From Octopus bimaculoides (taxonomy: Eukaryota): a DNA stretch of 64,000 nucleotides. The stretch lies in NCBI RefSeq assembly GCF_001194135.2, contig NC_069002.1:22983805-23047804 (forward strand), read 5' to 3'. This document shows positions 11,863 to 25,589 of the stretch, in pieces (positions within the stretch are counted from its first letter, which is position 1; every line of letters starts with the position of its first letter). The notes beneath the pieces were generated by a model. The model made no database searches, was not told the DNA's origin, and saw only the letters and a program-made list of their open reading frames with translations. The position numbers and the translations under genes were made by a program.

Positions 11863-12179
11863 AGTCCTATATACTTTGAAAGAAAGTAAAGACAGGTAGG
11901 GCATGACTGGAATGACTTTGTAGTCATCGTTTTGATGGATTGTGAGTGACCTGGGGCTAAAGAAACAACAGAAGCAATAAAAGACACATTGCACAATGTA
12001 GTTCTAGATATTTCTAAAATGATGGGATGTTCATGATCAAAGCACATTTGAACAGTTTGAACAGGACTGACCTAGGGTTAAACAACAACAACAACAACAA
12101 TCGACCTGATCATTTCTAGCTGCACAGTTCTTGCTAATTCCATATGTATTCACAGACATCAAGGTAATAGCTATGTCCA

Positions 12180-12345
12180 GGTACCAAGTGTCAGTACGTT
12201 GGCACTTTAATGTGAAAATGGATAAGAAATGGTATGAATTTGTTCCAAATATGAGACATGGCAGTAATTTGACTACAGTCATCCTGAATTTATCTGTTCC
12301 AAATGACAGAATATCCAAGAATACCAAGGATATTCTACCGATTCT
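12180..12345 (+). mobile_element. Possible R4/Dong-like (RLE) LINE fragment
   Basis: WHFNVKMDKKWYEFVPN...TVILNLSVPNDRISKNTKDIL resembles the KWYEH.P...ILWD.SI.TDR.I...PDI segment preceding the RLE catalytic motif. Confidence 0.4.
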
Positions 12346-12419
12346 AATAATGTCTAACATTGACACAAAGCCACAAATTTTGTAGAAGTATTTTGTTAAT
12401 TATGTTGATTGCACTACCT

Positions 12420-12738
12420 AGCCGGTACTTAAATTTATTGACCTTGAGAGGTTGAAAATTAAAGTTGACTGCTGTTGGATTTGAACTCAAAAAGTAAAGA
12501 TGATGATGATAATAACAATAATAATGATAATCTATTTCTTTATTGAAGGCCTGAAATTTTTGGGGAGGGGTAAGTCGATTACATCGACCCCAGTGTTTCC
12601 CTGGTATTTAATTTATCGACCCTTAAAGGATGAAAGGCAAAGTTGACCGTGGCAGAATTTGAACTCAGAATGTAAAGCCAGATGAAATTCCGCTAAGCAT
12701 TTTACCTGGCATACTAATGATCCTGCCAGCTCGCCACC

Positions 12739-12790
<52 letters not shown>

Positions 12791-12932
12791 TTTCAAAGTT
12801 TGGCACAAGGCCAGCAATTTCAGGGGAGGGGGTAAGTCAGTTACATTGATCTCAGTGTTGCTGACCCCGGAAAGATGAAAGGCAAAGTCGACCTTAACAG
12901 AATTTGAACTCAGAGCGTAAATAATAAAAATG

Positions 12933-12964
<32 letters not shown>

Positions 12965-13197
12965 AATAAAATTTTCTTTACACAACATAAAAGCAAGAAT
13001 AAATACAAAAAAACAAAACTTTTTTAAATACACTAGCGAGGACAAAACTTTTGAGGAACAGAGTAATGATGATGATGGTAATGATGATTTCTTCATACAG
13101 TATAAATAGAAGCATTAATAAAAAAACTTCTAAACACACTGGAGAAGAAGAAAGTTTGGAGGAATGGAATAATAATATTAATAATAATAATAATAAC

Positions 13198-13234
<37 letters not shown>

Positions 13235-14461
13235 TATAAAGTGAAGCATAAACAGAAAAAGTTTTAAACACACACAAGAGAAGAGGAAAGTTTTGAGGAA
13301 TGGAAGATTGTACAAGAAGATCAATATTGAAATAACAGGGTATCGTGAAATTGGGATCATGGAAGAGGAAGAAGTTGAAACATATCAGGATGTCATGCAT
13401 AAAATTGCAGTTATGAGAACATTAAAGGACGGATGTAATACCAGAAGCACTGGAATTGGTCTGAATGATCTCTTCTTGTACATTAGACAAATAGCTAAGA
13501 TAGGGATTGAAATGAGAAATAACTTGAATGTGGAGAGGATATATTAGGGGTGGTGGGCAGCAATTAAAATTCGTATCAAACACATTAAGGAAACGAGATC
13601 ACAAGTCTGAATGTAGTCAGAAGAGTAATAATGTCAGCTGTAAGTTTGCCAAATTTAGGAGAAATGGCTCTGCCAATAGTACTTGCAGAAACAACAATGA
13701 CGGTAATAACAACAACAATAACAATAATAATGAGCCTCACCAATTTTGACACAAGGGCAGCAGTTCTGAAGAGGAGGGTGAAATTGATTATATTAGCCCC
13801 AAGTATTTGACTGGTACTATAATTTGTTGACTACTGAGAAGATGAAAGGAAAAGCGGATCTTACCAGGATTTGAACTCGGCTCACAGGCTTAATAATAAT
13901 AATAATCATAATAATAATCCTTTCTAGTATAGGCATATGGAAGCACATGGCCTAGTGGTTAGAGCAGGGGACTTGTGCTCGAGAGATCGCTGGTTCAAAT
14001 CTCAGACCGAGTGATGTGTGTGTTTATGAGTGAAACACTTAAGCTCCACGTGGCTCTGGCAGAAGGTAATGGTGAACTTCTGCTGACTCTTTTGCCACAA
14101 CTTTCTCTTGCTCTTTCCTCCTGCATTTAGCAGCTCACTTGCGACAGACTGGCGTCCTGTCCAGGTGGGGAACCTATATGCCAATGAAACTGGGAAACCG
14201 GCCCCTTATAAGCCAGGCATGGCTCGAGAAGGAACAAACAAGAACAACTAGTATAGGCACAAGGCCTGAAATTTTTGGGGTGGGGGGAGACAGTCAAATA
14301 CATTAACTCCAGTATGCAACTGGTACTTATTTCATTGACCCCAAAAAGATAAAAGCAAAGTCAGCCTCAACGGAATTTGTACTCAGAATGTGAAGACAAA
14401 CGAGATGCCACTAAGCATTTCATCCGGCAAACTAACGATTCCATCAACTCACCACCTCGAG

Positions 14462-14501
<40 letters not shown>

Positions 14502-15030
14502 TTATTCTTATATTGGCCACAAGGGCTAATTTAGATAGAAGCATAAAGGACATGCAACAATATAAAAGACAACACAAGATGATACAAAAGGTTTTCTTGT
14601 GTAAACAATAAAATACAATAAAAATTAAACAACAACAATGATAATTATAGTGATAATTATAATAATGGTTACAAATTTTGGTAGAAGGCCAGTAATTTCT
14701 GTGAAGGAGTGTAGTCATTTATATCATTCTTAGTATTCAACTGTACTTATTTTAATCAATCCCAAAAGGATGAATGGCAAAAATCAACCTCAGCGGAATT
14801 TGAACTCAGAACATAAAAATGGATGAAATGCCATGAAACATTCTGCCAGCTCTCTGCCTTCTTGGTGGAATTTGAATTTAGAATATAAATTTGAAAGAAA
14901 GCCACTAATCTTTTTCCTGGTATGCTAATAATTCTACGTGCGTTATATAGGAATGGTTTCCAATTTAGGCACAAGGTAAGATATTTTGGAGAAAGTGAGA
15001 CAGTTTGATTATAACAGCCCCAGTCAAAAT
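12420..15030 (-). mobile_element. Cluster of family B tRNA-derived SINEs embedded in (AAT)n tracts
   Basis: Copies at about 12420-12495, 12535-12740, 12790-12920, 13735-13885, 14248-14460, 14670-14865 and 14960-15025 share ggcacaaggcc...gatgaaaggcaaagt.gacc...gaatttgaactcagaa. The minus strand carries a B-box, GAGTTCAAATTC. Confidence 0.85.
13936..14247 (+). mobile_element. tRNA-derived SINE (family C) inserted into a family B SINE
   Basis: A-box tggcctagtgg and B-box ggttcaaatc. A 12-bp TSD, ctagtataggca, lies at 13924-13935 and 14248-14259. Confidence 0.85.
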
Positions 15031-15394
15031 CCTTTGGTCACTTTGTGCTTTGAAGCTGTGTGCAATAAGAGAACTCTTGTAAAGCAGATAAGAATTGACA
15101 TCAGGAAGGGTATCCGCTTGTAAAACAATGTACCAGCATTCATTAAACCCGTGTAGGCACGTAAAAATGGATGTAAAATAAAGGAATAAATGTCTAGCAA
15201 AGAGAAACTTTGAAGTCAGTTTCATTTAAAGATTGCTATTTTTTTTTTGTCCTTTCTTGAGCTAACTTCCAGTGAGTCTTGTGAAAATTTGGGTTGGATA
15301 ACAAAGTTGGAGAGTTTCTTGTGAGGGACAAAGTTCCACTGTTCTTTTGGCCCATTGTACATTGTTGATTGTCATCATCATCACCCTTTTGTAT

Positions 15395-15700
15395 AGTTGG
15401 AAAACCAATCCCGAACCATTTGGGATTCAAAGTACAACTGACTTCCACACCTCTTGATCATTCATTGCAACTCCAAGTTCATTGACTGCAAATTTTTGAG
15501 TCACATGCTATGATATCTGGGAAAGTGAGTTTTCTCAAGAAGACTCTTCCTGCTGGTCTCCACGAGAGGAGGAATGAAATGAACTTTCTGCCTGTTTGAT
15601 AACAGTGACCCCGCTGATTCTAGTCGTTTCTGACATGAATTATCTGTTCACCGTTATCCTACCATATGATGGTCAGAGAAGGTTGTAAGTGTGACCTTCA
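15395..15700 (-). mobile_element. RTE-type LINE 3' end relic
   Basis: Minus-strand translation with frameshifts: RLESAGHCYQ / FISFLLSWRPAGRVFLRKLTFPDII / ELGVAMNDQEVWKSVV, matching the RTE RT C-terminal pattern RLRFAGHC..LLLW.P...RKLTFPD...AM.DR..W. Confidence 0.6.
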
Positions 15701-17254
15701 TGTCAGAGATGAGGTTCATGTTATTTGCGAAACAGATGTAAAGCATTGCTGCCTCTGGGTAAAATATTACTTGCTCCATGAATAGCAAACTAGTGAGGTC
15801 AAGTGGAGATGCTCTCTGTCTTCATTCAAACTGTGATATTTTCTGATAAAAACTGAAAGTTATTCCTGTCATGGAACCAAAATTGTTGAGTTTTTTTAGT
15901 AACTGACTGACACGAGTAGTCTTTTTAGAAGAGGACACACAGACAGACAGACACACAGACAAATATACCGATTTCTCAACAGATAATACAGAAAGCATAG
16001 GAAGCTGAGAGACTGGAAAGATCTGCAGAATGGCTTCTATCAGGTGATCATTAAGAGAACTATTATTGAGAATTACTCTCCAGAGAGTTAACAGCACAGA
16101 TATATATTTTATTATATCATTCCCCTNNNNNNNNNNNNNNNNNNNNNNNNNNNNNNNNNNNNNNNNNNNNNNNNNNNNNNNNNNNNNNNNNNNNNNNNNN
16201 NNNNNNNNNNNNNNNNNNNNNNNNNNNNNNNNNNNNNNNNNNNNNNNNNNNNNNNNNNNNNNNNNNNNNNNNNNNNNNNNNNNNNNNNNNNNNNNNNNNN
16301 NNNNNNNNNNNNNNNNNNNNNNNNNNNNNNNNNNNNNNNNNNNNNNNNNNNNNNNNNNNNNNNNNNNNNNNNNNNNNNNNNNNNNNNNNNNNNNNNNNNN
16401 NNNNNNNNNNNNNNNNNNNNNNNNNNNNNNNNNNNNNNNNNNNNNNNNNNNNNNNNNNNNNNNNNNNNNNNNNNNNNNNNNNNNNNNNNNNNNNNNNNNN
16501 NNNNNNNNNNNNNNNNNNNNNNNNNNNNNNNNNNNNNNNNNNNNNNNNNNNNNNNNNNNNNNNNNNNNNNNTATATATATATATATATGTATGTATGTAC
16601 TATATATTATTTTTAATGAGTCTTTTTATGACTGTGATGTGTGATGGTGGTGCATGGTGGAGTGGTAAAGATGGTTGTGGTGGTTTGTGATGGTGGTGAT
16701 GATGATGACGGTGGTGGTGGTAGTTGCAGTGGTGGTGTTGTTCAGAATGGTTTCACATCACTGCTACCATAATTATGCTTATCACCACCATCCTAACTAT
16801 CGTCACCAGATAGAAAACAGCAGCTCTAGAGTTACTGTCATATTGTTTGTAATTGTACATGTGTGTACACACATGCAGAGGCTTCCCTTCCTTAACAGTG
16901 TGTGTGTGTGTGTGTGTGTGTTTGTAGAGAGGGAGAGCAAAAAAGAAGTGAGAAAACTACATGTGCATGTTTATCTACACATTGCATATAAGCATAATGT
17001 AATACCTTATTCATCATCGTCATCATCATTTAAAGTCTTGTTTACCATGCTGGTATAAGTTGGATAGTTTGACAGGAGCCGGCAAGACTAGGAGCCATCA
17101 CACCAGATTCCATTCTCTATTCTGGCATGGTTTCTATGGTTGCATGTCCTTCCTAATGTTAACCGCATTATGGAATGTACTGGGTACTTTTTAGGTGGCA
17201 CCAGCACCACTGCTTTTTACTATCATAATAATAATAACAATAATAATAATCATT

Positions 17255-17489
17255 GTTTCTGCTCTAGGCACAAGGCCTGGAATTTTGGGAGAAGGGTAAG
17301 TCCATTACATTGACACCCAGTGCTCAACTGGTTCTTATTTCATTGACCCTAAAAGAATGAAAGGCAAAGTCGACCTCGGTGGCATTTGAACTCCGAACAT
17401 GAAGACATACAAAATACCACTAAACATTTCGCCCGAGATGCTAACGATTCTGCCAGCTCACCACTTTGATGATGATGATGATGATGATG

Positions 17490-17536
<47 letters not shown>

Positions 17537-18188
17537 CTTTTCTACTCTAGGCACAAGGCCCGAAATTTTGGGGGAGGAGCCCAGTCGATTAGATCGACCC
17601 TAGTACGCAACTGTTGCTTAATTTATCGACCTCAAAAGAATGAAAGGCAAAGTTGACCTCGGCGGAATTTGAACTCAGAACATAGCCAATTATTATTATT
17701 ATTATTATTATTATTATCATTATTTCTACTCTAGGCACAAAGCCTTGAAAATTTTGGCGCGGAAGGGGTCTAGTCAATTACATCAACCCCAGTGCATGAC
17801 TGGTACTTATTTTTATTGACACTGAAAGGATGAAAGGCAAAGTGGACCTTGGCAGAATGTGAACTCAGGATGTAAAGACAGATGAAATACTGCTAAGCAT
17901 TTTACCTGGTGTGCTAATGTTTCTGCCAGCTTGCAGCCAATAATAATAATGATGATAATAATAATAATAATAATAACCCTTTCTGCTATTGGCACAAGAC
18001 CTGAAATTTTGGGGAAGGTGAGGCCAGTCGATTTGATCAATCCCAGTATGCAACTGGTACTTAATTTATTGACCCTGAGGGGATGAAATGCAAAGTCAAC
18101 CTTGGTGAAATTTGAACTCAGAATGTAGCAATGGTAGAAATACCACTAAGCACTTCTGGTGGGATAATGTTTTTGCCAGCTCGCTGCA
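17255..18188 (-). mobile_element. Four head-to-tail family B SINEs separated by AAT/ATT tracts
   Basis: Copies at about 17255-17466, 17536-17685, 17722-17938 and 17978-18188. B-box (plus-strand ggaatttgaactc) at 17664-17676. Confidence 0.9.
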
Positions 18189-19198
18189 AATAATAATAAT
18201 AATAATAATAATAATGACAATGTATGTTTGTGTGTAGGTAGAAATATTTGATATTCTGCCTAGCCTACGTTTTACTGGATTGGAGCCAGAATAACGAAAA
18301 TACAATGGAGTTATAGAATATGTGATGTCAACAACAACAGCAACAGCAACAAACAATATTGCTTTTGTACTTGTTTCCGTTGTTTTTTGGAAATTATATT
18401 TGAGGTGTTACTATGCCATTCACCTTTCCATTTTGCTCCCACCCCCCATCTCTGAAGAAAAAAATTTTATTCTTAAGAAGGAAAATAATAAATGGATTGC
18501 TAAGGAAGAAAAATGCTCCATAAAACTTGATGGTAGGTTGGAAAATATGATCTTCATTATTTTTCTTCATTGTTCTTGTGTTGTTTTTTTTGTTATTTCT
18601 GAAGTTAAAATTAGAATACTGAACAATATTTGTAGGTATGTGTGTGTATATACATACGTATATATATATATATATATTTTTTCATTTCAAAGTTTCAGCT
18701 CAGAGCTGCGGCCATGCTGATGCACCACCGTGTCCATATATATATATATATATACACACACATATATANNNNNNNNNNNNNNNNNNNNNNNNNNNNNNNN
18801 NNNNNNNNNNNNNNNNNNNNNNNNNNNNNNNNNNNNNNNNNNNNNNNNNNNNNNNNNNNNNNNNNNNNNNNNNNNNNNNNNNNNNNNNNNNNNNNNNNNN
18901 NNNNNNNNNNNNNNNNNNNNNNNNNNNNNNNNNNNNNNNNNNNNNNNNNNNNNNNNNNNNNNNNNNNNNNNNNNNNNNNNNNNNNNNNNNNNNNNNNNNN
19001 NNNNNNNNNNNNNNNNNNNNNNNNNNNNNNNNNNNNNNNNNNNNNNNNNNNNNNNNNNNNNNNNNNNNNNNNNNNNNNNNNNNNNNNNNNNNNNNNNNNN
19101 NNNNNNNNNNNNNNNNNNNNNNNNNNNNNNNNNNNNNNNNNNNNNNNNNNNNNNNNNNNNNNNNNNNNNNNNNNNNNNNNNNNNNNNNNNNNNNNNNN

Positions 19199-19236
<38 letters not shown>

Positions 19237-19322
19237 AATATGTATATATAGATATGCATATATGTATGTATATTTATATGTATATATAGATATGCATATA
19301 TGTATGTGTGTATATGTATGTC

Positions 19323-19363
<41 letters not shown>

Positions 19364-19847
19364 GTATGTGTATGTATACATGTATGTAAACATATGTACA
19401 TATGTCTGTATATTAATGTATATATATATGTATACATACATATGCATATGTATTTATGTGAGTGTCTGGATTGTTGAATGTTTGTGTTCCCAACACACAA
19501 AAGAAAAAAAACCAAAAAGCTATGCAAATACACAGAGCAAAGTTTGATCTTGGATATCATCAGGCCTGTAATAAAGACGCTGTTAAGGTGTGTTACAGTT
19601 GCATAAAAAAAACCCCAAAAAACTTCTGCTGCCAATATAAACAAACGAAAGAAAACATTTCTTGTACAAGCAAACAGAATTCTTCTCCTGTATAGAAGTT
19701 CTACAACCTTATTATCTGCTTTTACCCTGGTTGTGTCTTTCTGTAGTTTATTAAGTACGGTCTCTCTTACAAACAACAGTAGAACAAAAAGATATATAGG
19801 ACTTACTGCCAATCACTTAAAAATGGTATACACGATATATTTTATTT

Positions 19848-20250
19848 TTGTTTTTACTTGTTTCAGACATTTGACTGTGGCCATGCTGTAGCACTTGAAG
19901 GGTTTTAGTTAAACTCACCCCAGTACTTATTTTTAAAATTATTTTTCAAGTCTGGTACTTATTCTGTTGGTCTCTTCTGCCAAAGTTTTAAGTGTTGTGG
20001 GGCATAAACAAGCTGGTTGTCAAGTGGTGGCTTACAAACAAAAGGTAACCACACACATATGCACATACACATTTGACAATGGGTTTCTTTCAGTTTCTGT
20101 CTACCAAATCCTCTCACAAGGCTTTCGTCAGTGCTCAGCTCAAGGCTATAGTAGAAGGCGCCTTCCCAATGTGCCATGTAGTGAGACTGAACTTGGAACC
20201 ATGTAGCTGGGAAGCACACTTCTTACCACTCACCCAGTCCTGTGCCCATA
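19848..20250 (-). mobile_element. SINE family A, full length
   Basis: Reverse complement of both the head (ttcttaccactcacccagtcc) and the tail (ttgtttcagacatttgactgtggccatgc). Confidence 0.8.
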
Positions 20251-22289
20251 TATATGGACATATTTTGAAACTCAGAAAGACGCTTTACTACCTTATCATC
20301 CTAATATATTTGAAGAAGCTAGCTAAGAGCAAAACTTCGAAGTTACTGTCAAATTTTTCCTTGGACATATAAATCTTAAAATCTATAATCTACTTAAATG
20401 TTTTGAGCAATCCTCAATACATAGTAACAAACAATGGCTGGCTATTTTTATGTATAACAGTACAAATGAAAAAATAGATTAATATAATACATTAATATCC
20501 AAATATATCTGGTATTTAAAGAATGATAATGTCAGCTACAATAAAATCAATTGGTCTATCACAAAACGTATTCCCATATGTTAATGGTTCAATGAAATGT
20601 GATCTTGTTTCTTGAAAATGCATAACATCCTATAACTGCCTTAGGTAATTTGGAACAAAAGATTGGAATTGGTGAATTCTTACAAACACTCCTATCTGTA
20701 GTTATTGAGGAATTTTTCAAATATCAACTGGTTTTTATTTTCAACATAATAGATTTACCCTGAATGATGGGCATACATAAAAAGTAAAAACCTTCCAGCT
20801 TTTCAGCAACACTAAAACTGCATTGACAATAGTCATCTTCCTTGCAGTTTTACACATATGCCTCAAAAGGCATGACGATCCTACATGTTTTTGCATGTGA
20901 ATAGATAGACATATCATGTAATCTGTGTATAGATGAATCTGTGGAGCATTTTCTGATGTTCATTTTTGCTACTAATCACATCTCATTGACTAATAATATT
21001 TTTATGTGTTTACAAATATTTTTGCTTATATTTTGTCATGCTGTTTCCCTTTTCCACTTGTTTGAATAATTAGCACTGTAAAACTTGGAGTAATGACTTA
21101 AAAAGTTTTGGATTCTAATGATGTGTGTGTGTGTGTGTGTGTGTAATTTATTGGAAGCTTAAACTTGGTAAATTATTATTCTGATGTATTCAACTGCAAT
21201 CTTCAGATGACTGCAAAAAGTAGAACTTGAAATTTGCGATATTGAAATTGCTTTCATATCATAATAGTTGCATATGGAATTATAAAAATCATATTGGTTG
21301 ACCGTATAACTATTGTTTAAAAAAATACCTAAATTTTGGTACGAATATATTCTATCTTCGCCAAAGATCTAATGAAAGATTCCATTATAAGAATAAGAAT
21401 TTGGATCAGCTGCACCCTCTCTTATCTACGAAATTGTTATCAATAAATGTACATTGTCATTAGCTTTAAACCAGGTCACATTAGTACTTCTTATTAGGAG
21501 GAGACCTTTGCAATAGTGGTTTTACTGATAAAATATAATGGAACTCTCTTTAATGTTCTTAAGACTAAACAATAAACAAAGAAATCTATTATGTCCAGCC
21601 TTCAGTTTAAATGCATTCAGGCATATCACCAAGGACTTGTTAAGTTTTATATTTTATCATTTTACAATAAGTAATAGATATGATAAGATTTTTAATGAAA
21701 TTCTCTTTAAGTAAACTCGTCTTTTCATAAAAAAATTTGGAAGCTCAGTTATTTTGACTTCAGAAAATTTTTCCAACAATAAAAGTAATGTTTATTTTTC
21801 TACTTGTAACTTCATTGCCTTTTAATGGTAATTGTCTCTCAAAACCTCTAAGATATTGCATTCGAGATTAGCCAGATAACACCAGTCTACCAAGAAATTG
21901 GATTGGATTGACTGAGAATTGCTTTAAAGTTTGTTTATGTTTTCAAAATATACATACATTAGAAAAAACTGGGAAAAGATTTCTCACAACCTTTTCAAAG
22001 CACATTTGGTTTTTAAAAGAGACACATGCAGTTACATTTAAAATTAGAAAGTAAGTTCTCAGACATACTATACTATTCCACATACACATGGGAGTTTTCA
22101 TTAAAATTTACACTGCAAACTATGTAGAAGTGAGAAATTATACATATTATATCAAGGCATCCGTTGATAAAGCAAATGGTTTGTGATGTCAGACAATTTC
22201 AGACAAACCTCAAATATTTACTTTATAATTATCTCCAAATGTCTGAGTAATTGAGAAAACTTGGAATAATATTGACATCTTTTCACTTT

Positions 22290-22600
22290 AATCTTTTAAT
22301 TGTTTCAGTCATTGGCTTGTGGCCATGCCAGAGCACTGCCTTGAAGGGTTTTAGTTGAACAAATCAATGCCGGTACTTACTTTTTAAGTCTGGTACTTAT
22401 TCCATCGGCTTCTTTTGTCAAACCGCTAAGAGCAATATAAACAAACCAACACCAGTTACAAACAGTGGTGGGAAACACACACACAAAGTTTCTTTGAGTT
22501 TCTGTCTACTAAATCCACTTATAAGGGTTATAAAAGAAGAGACATACTCAAGGTACCATACAATGGAACTGAGCCCAAAACCACATGCTTGAGAAACTTT
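22290..22600 (-). mobile_element. SINE family A, degenerate
   Basis: ttcagtcattggcttgtggccatgcc...ggaactgagcccaaaaccacatg. Confidence 0.7.
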
Positions 22601-23888
22601 TTACTACATATATTGTCAACATTTAGAATATTCTTCTTGCCTAAACACGTTGCTTCTGTACAGGTTATTTCTTCTACTCCAAATATCATCTCCATCCATC
22701 TCCTATTTTCCAAACAAAGGCTATGTTTTCATCTAATCCGATTCTACTATTCCTTATTATCCAACCAGTGTACATTACGCTGAGAAACTTGGAGTAACAA
22801 ATCATGTAGTTTTTGCTTCCAATAAATTATTCCACTCTACTTTCAATATTGAGACCTCCCTTTATTTCCTTGTATATTTTAGTGTTTATGTGAGCAAATA
22901 TGAACATGTATGTGTATGTGAATGTGTAAAGCTGTCTCTAAGAGTATACATGCATACAAATGTATGCACACACATACATATATACTACCCTCCTCCTCAC
23001 ACATATACATATATATTGATATGTTATGTGTAAATATGCCAACAAAACTGCTCTGAAAAACATTCCCATTCACACACACACACACACACACACTGTTATT
23101 TCCTGTATACTAACAAAGAAAAAAGAAAAACAAAGGAAAGACAGTTTGGTTGTAATAATGCATAGTTTCAATTTATGGCTTTTTTTTGGGGGAGGAAAAT
23201 ATTTTTTTGTCTGAATTTGAAATTATCTATTTGTTGTTATGTTTTTGGTATTTTATTTTAAAAAATCTTTTCCTTATTATCATTCATCTTTTCTCTGTCA
23301 GTGAATTTAGCTGAGTTGTTCCATTTTCCTGTTGATTTTCTTTCTGAACACACTGATTGCTTACTTGTCTCAGCAATACCGATATGCTTTTGTTACCCCT
23401 TCCTGCTAATGAAGTGCTATAAATCATCCAAGAGACTAGAATATGAAACAGTAAAAGACAGTAGAATCTGAGGAAAATGTTCTGTATTTGCAAAAAAATT
23501 ATGCAAAGAATTTAAACAGTGAAATATGTTTTTATGCTGCAAGGAAGAACACAAGTCTAACTTTCCAGGCAGAACGGAACCCTTCATATGATATGATGTT
23601 CAGTTCTGGAACGTAACATGCTTGAATGAGCCAATGAGAGAGCATCTATGTAGTTACTTAACTTGTTAAAAATAGCAGTTAAATCTCCCTTAGATTACAC
23701 CTGTGTTGAAAATCAACACACTGGATATTGTCTGGTGTTTGTTATTTCTGAAAAAAGGTAGGAGGGTTAACACTTGCCTACCGTTGATTATAAGTCTGTT
23801 TGATGAGGGCAAACTTTGGGTTAATGACCTGTTACATCATCACTGTTATCATTGGTTTTCCATGTTTGAGACTGAATTTGTCTATTCA

Positions 23889-24372
23889 CACTACATGTGT
23901 GTGCCAGTGGAGCTAATTCCCACATGTCTGTCAGTGAAATGGTTTATTGTAATTCATACTACATGTCTGCCAATGGAGCTAATTCCCACATGTCTGTCAG
24001 TGAAATGGTTTATTGTAATTCACACTACATGTCTGTGCCAGTGGTGCTAATTCCCACATGTCTGTTAGTGAAATGGTTTATTGTAATTCACACTACATGT
24101 CTGTGCCAGTGGAGCTAATTCCCACATGTCTGTCAGTGAAATGGTTTATTGTACNNNNNNNNNNNNNNNNNNNNCACTACATGTCTGTGCCAGTGGAGCT
24201 AATTCCCACATGTCTGTCAGTGAAATGGTTTATTGTAATTCACACATGTCTGTGCCAGTGGCGCTAATTCCCACATGTCTGTGTCAGTGAAATGGTTTAT
24301 TGTAATTCATACTACATGTCTGTGCCAGTGGAGCTAATTCCCACATGTCTGTCAGTGAAATGGTTTATTGTA
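23889..24372. repeat. About 68-bp minisatellite, 7 copies (one interrupted by a gap)
   Basis: Unit cactacatgtctgtgccagtggagctaattcccacatgtctgtcagtgaaatggtttattgtaattca. Copy starts at 23889, 23957, 24023, 24091, 24175, about 24243 and 24310. Confidence 0.95.
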
Positions 24373-25589
24373 CTTCCATGTCTTCATCTCCAATTTGTAG
24401 TAGTTGCCATAGAAACAACATGGGTATAGTGGTTGTGGTGGTGGTGGTGGTATTGGGAGTGAAACAATGTTGGTTGTAATGATGATGGTGGAGATGGTGC
24501 TCATAGTGGTGAAGTTGATGGTGATTGTGGTGGTGGTGGTGGTTTTTTATGAGGAGGGTGGGGGAAGATGGGTGTTGGTTGAGTTTGGTTGATGTTTGGA
24601 CACCTTGAAGGAGGTGTAAGGTAGATTCCTCCCTACCCTCACAACCACCCACCAACTAATAACAGCTTTTCTTGGTCTACATATATCTGTTATGGCTTGA
24701 AGAGATGATGATGATGATGATGATGATGATGATAATGCTGTATATGAATGTTACTGATAATGTTGGTGGGAGTGATGACAATAATTCCAATGATGTTGTT
24801 GTTGGTGATGATGACAATGCTGATGATGAAACGATGCAGTAGTCTTATCTTGCACTTTAAATTACACACACACACACACACACACATAAATATGCACATA
24901 CATGCAAATGTTTGTGTGTGTGTGTGTGCGCATATGCACACACACGTGTATGTATTTCTGCTTTGCTTATCATTGCTTAGAGATTAAGTGTTGCTTTTGT
25001 TTTATTTTTTTATTGGTTGTGGTGGGTGTGATGGGGTGGGAGGTGGAATTCTTTCACCTTTTATTCTCCCTCTTTCTCTCCCCCCTCTCTCCCCACGCTC
25101 TCTCAGAGGAAACGGACACTAACTCCGCCACCACCCTATTCAACAAGGAAATCTCAACTAGGTCAGTTGTGATGCTAGAAATAGCAGGCATTTTTTTTTT
25201 TCACATCTTAACATAAAGAACGAAGCAAAACGAAAAAGAAAGCTGTTTATTGATGTAGTCCTAGATACACTGTGCATACACATACACACACATGAATGAA
25301 ACAAACAAAAGAATAAATGAAAAGAAAGGTTGATCATATTGGATCATATTTGATCATCAGTCTGCTGGATCAGTGCCTGCCTTGGATTAAACAACAACAG
25401 CAACAATAACAACGTCAACAACAACATTACTCAAGTATTTACCTTCCAGCTACTTCCCTACCTACTTGTTGGTTCACCTTCACATCGCTCCTCTCCATCC
25501 ATCTCCCACCTTTCTACCGCTCTATCTTCTCATTCATTACACCTCTCTTTCTCTCTCCAACCCTCCTCTAACTTTCTGCTAACCTAACT

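Noticed and set aside
13010-13720. Three degenerate 50-bp repeats and downstream LINE-like coding remnants
   Set aside because: Possibly truncated RLE-LINE ends, but the motifs are too eroded to assign.
13940-14010. tRNA gene candidate (A and B boxes)
   Set aside because: It is a SINE head continuing into a SINE body with a TSD, and no complete cloverleaf forms.
15700-15745. GAAACAGATGTA resembling a hammerhead 3' half
   Set aside because: No matching core or helix II; it adjoins a LINE-derived relic.
15970-16050. Candidate AG...GT exon
   Set aside because: All three frames contain stop codons.
23889-24372. CRISPR-like regular repeat
   Set aside because: The units are contiguous with no unique spacers, there are no cas genes, and the context is eukaryotic.
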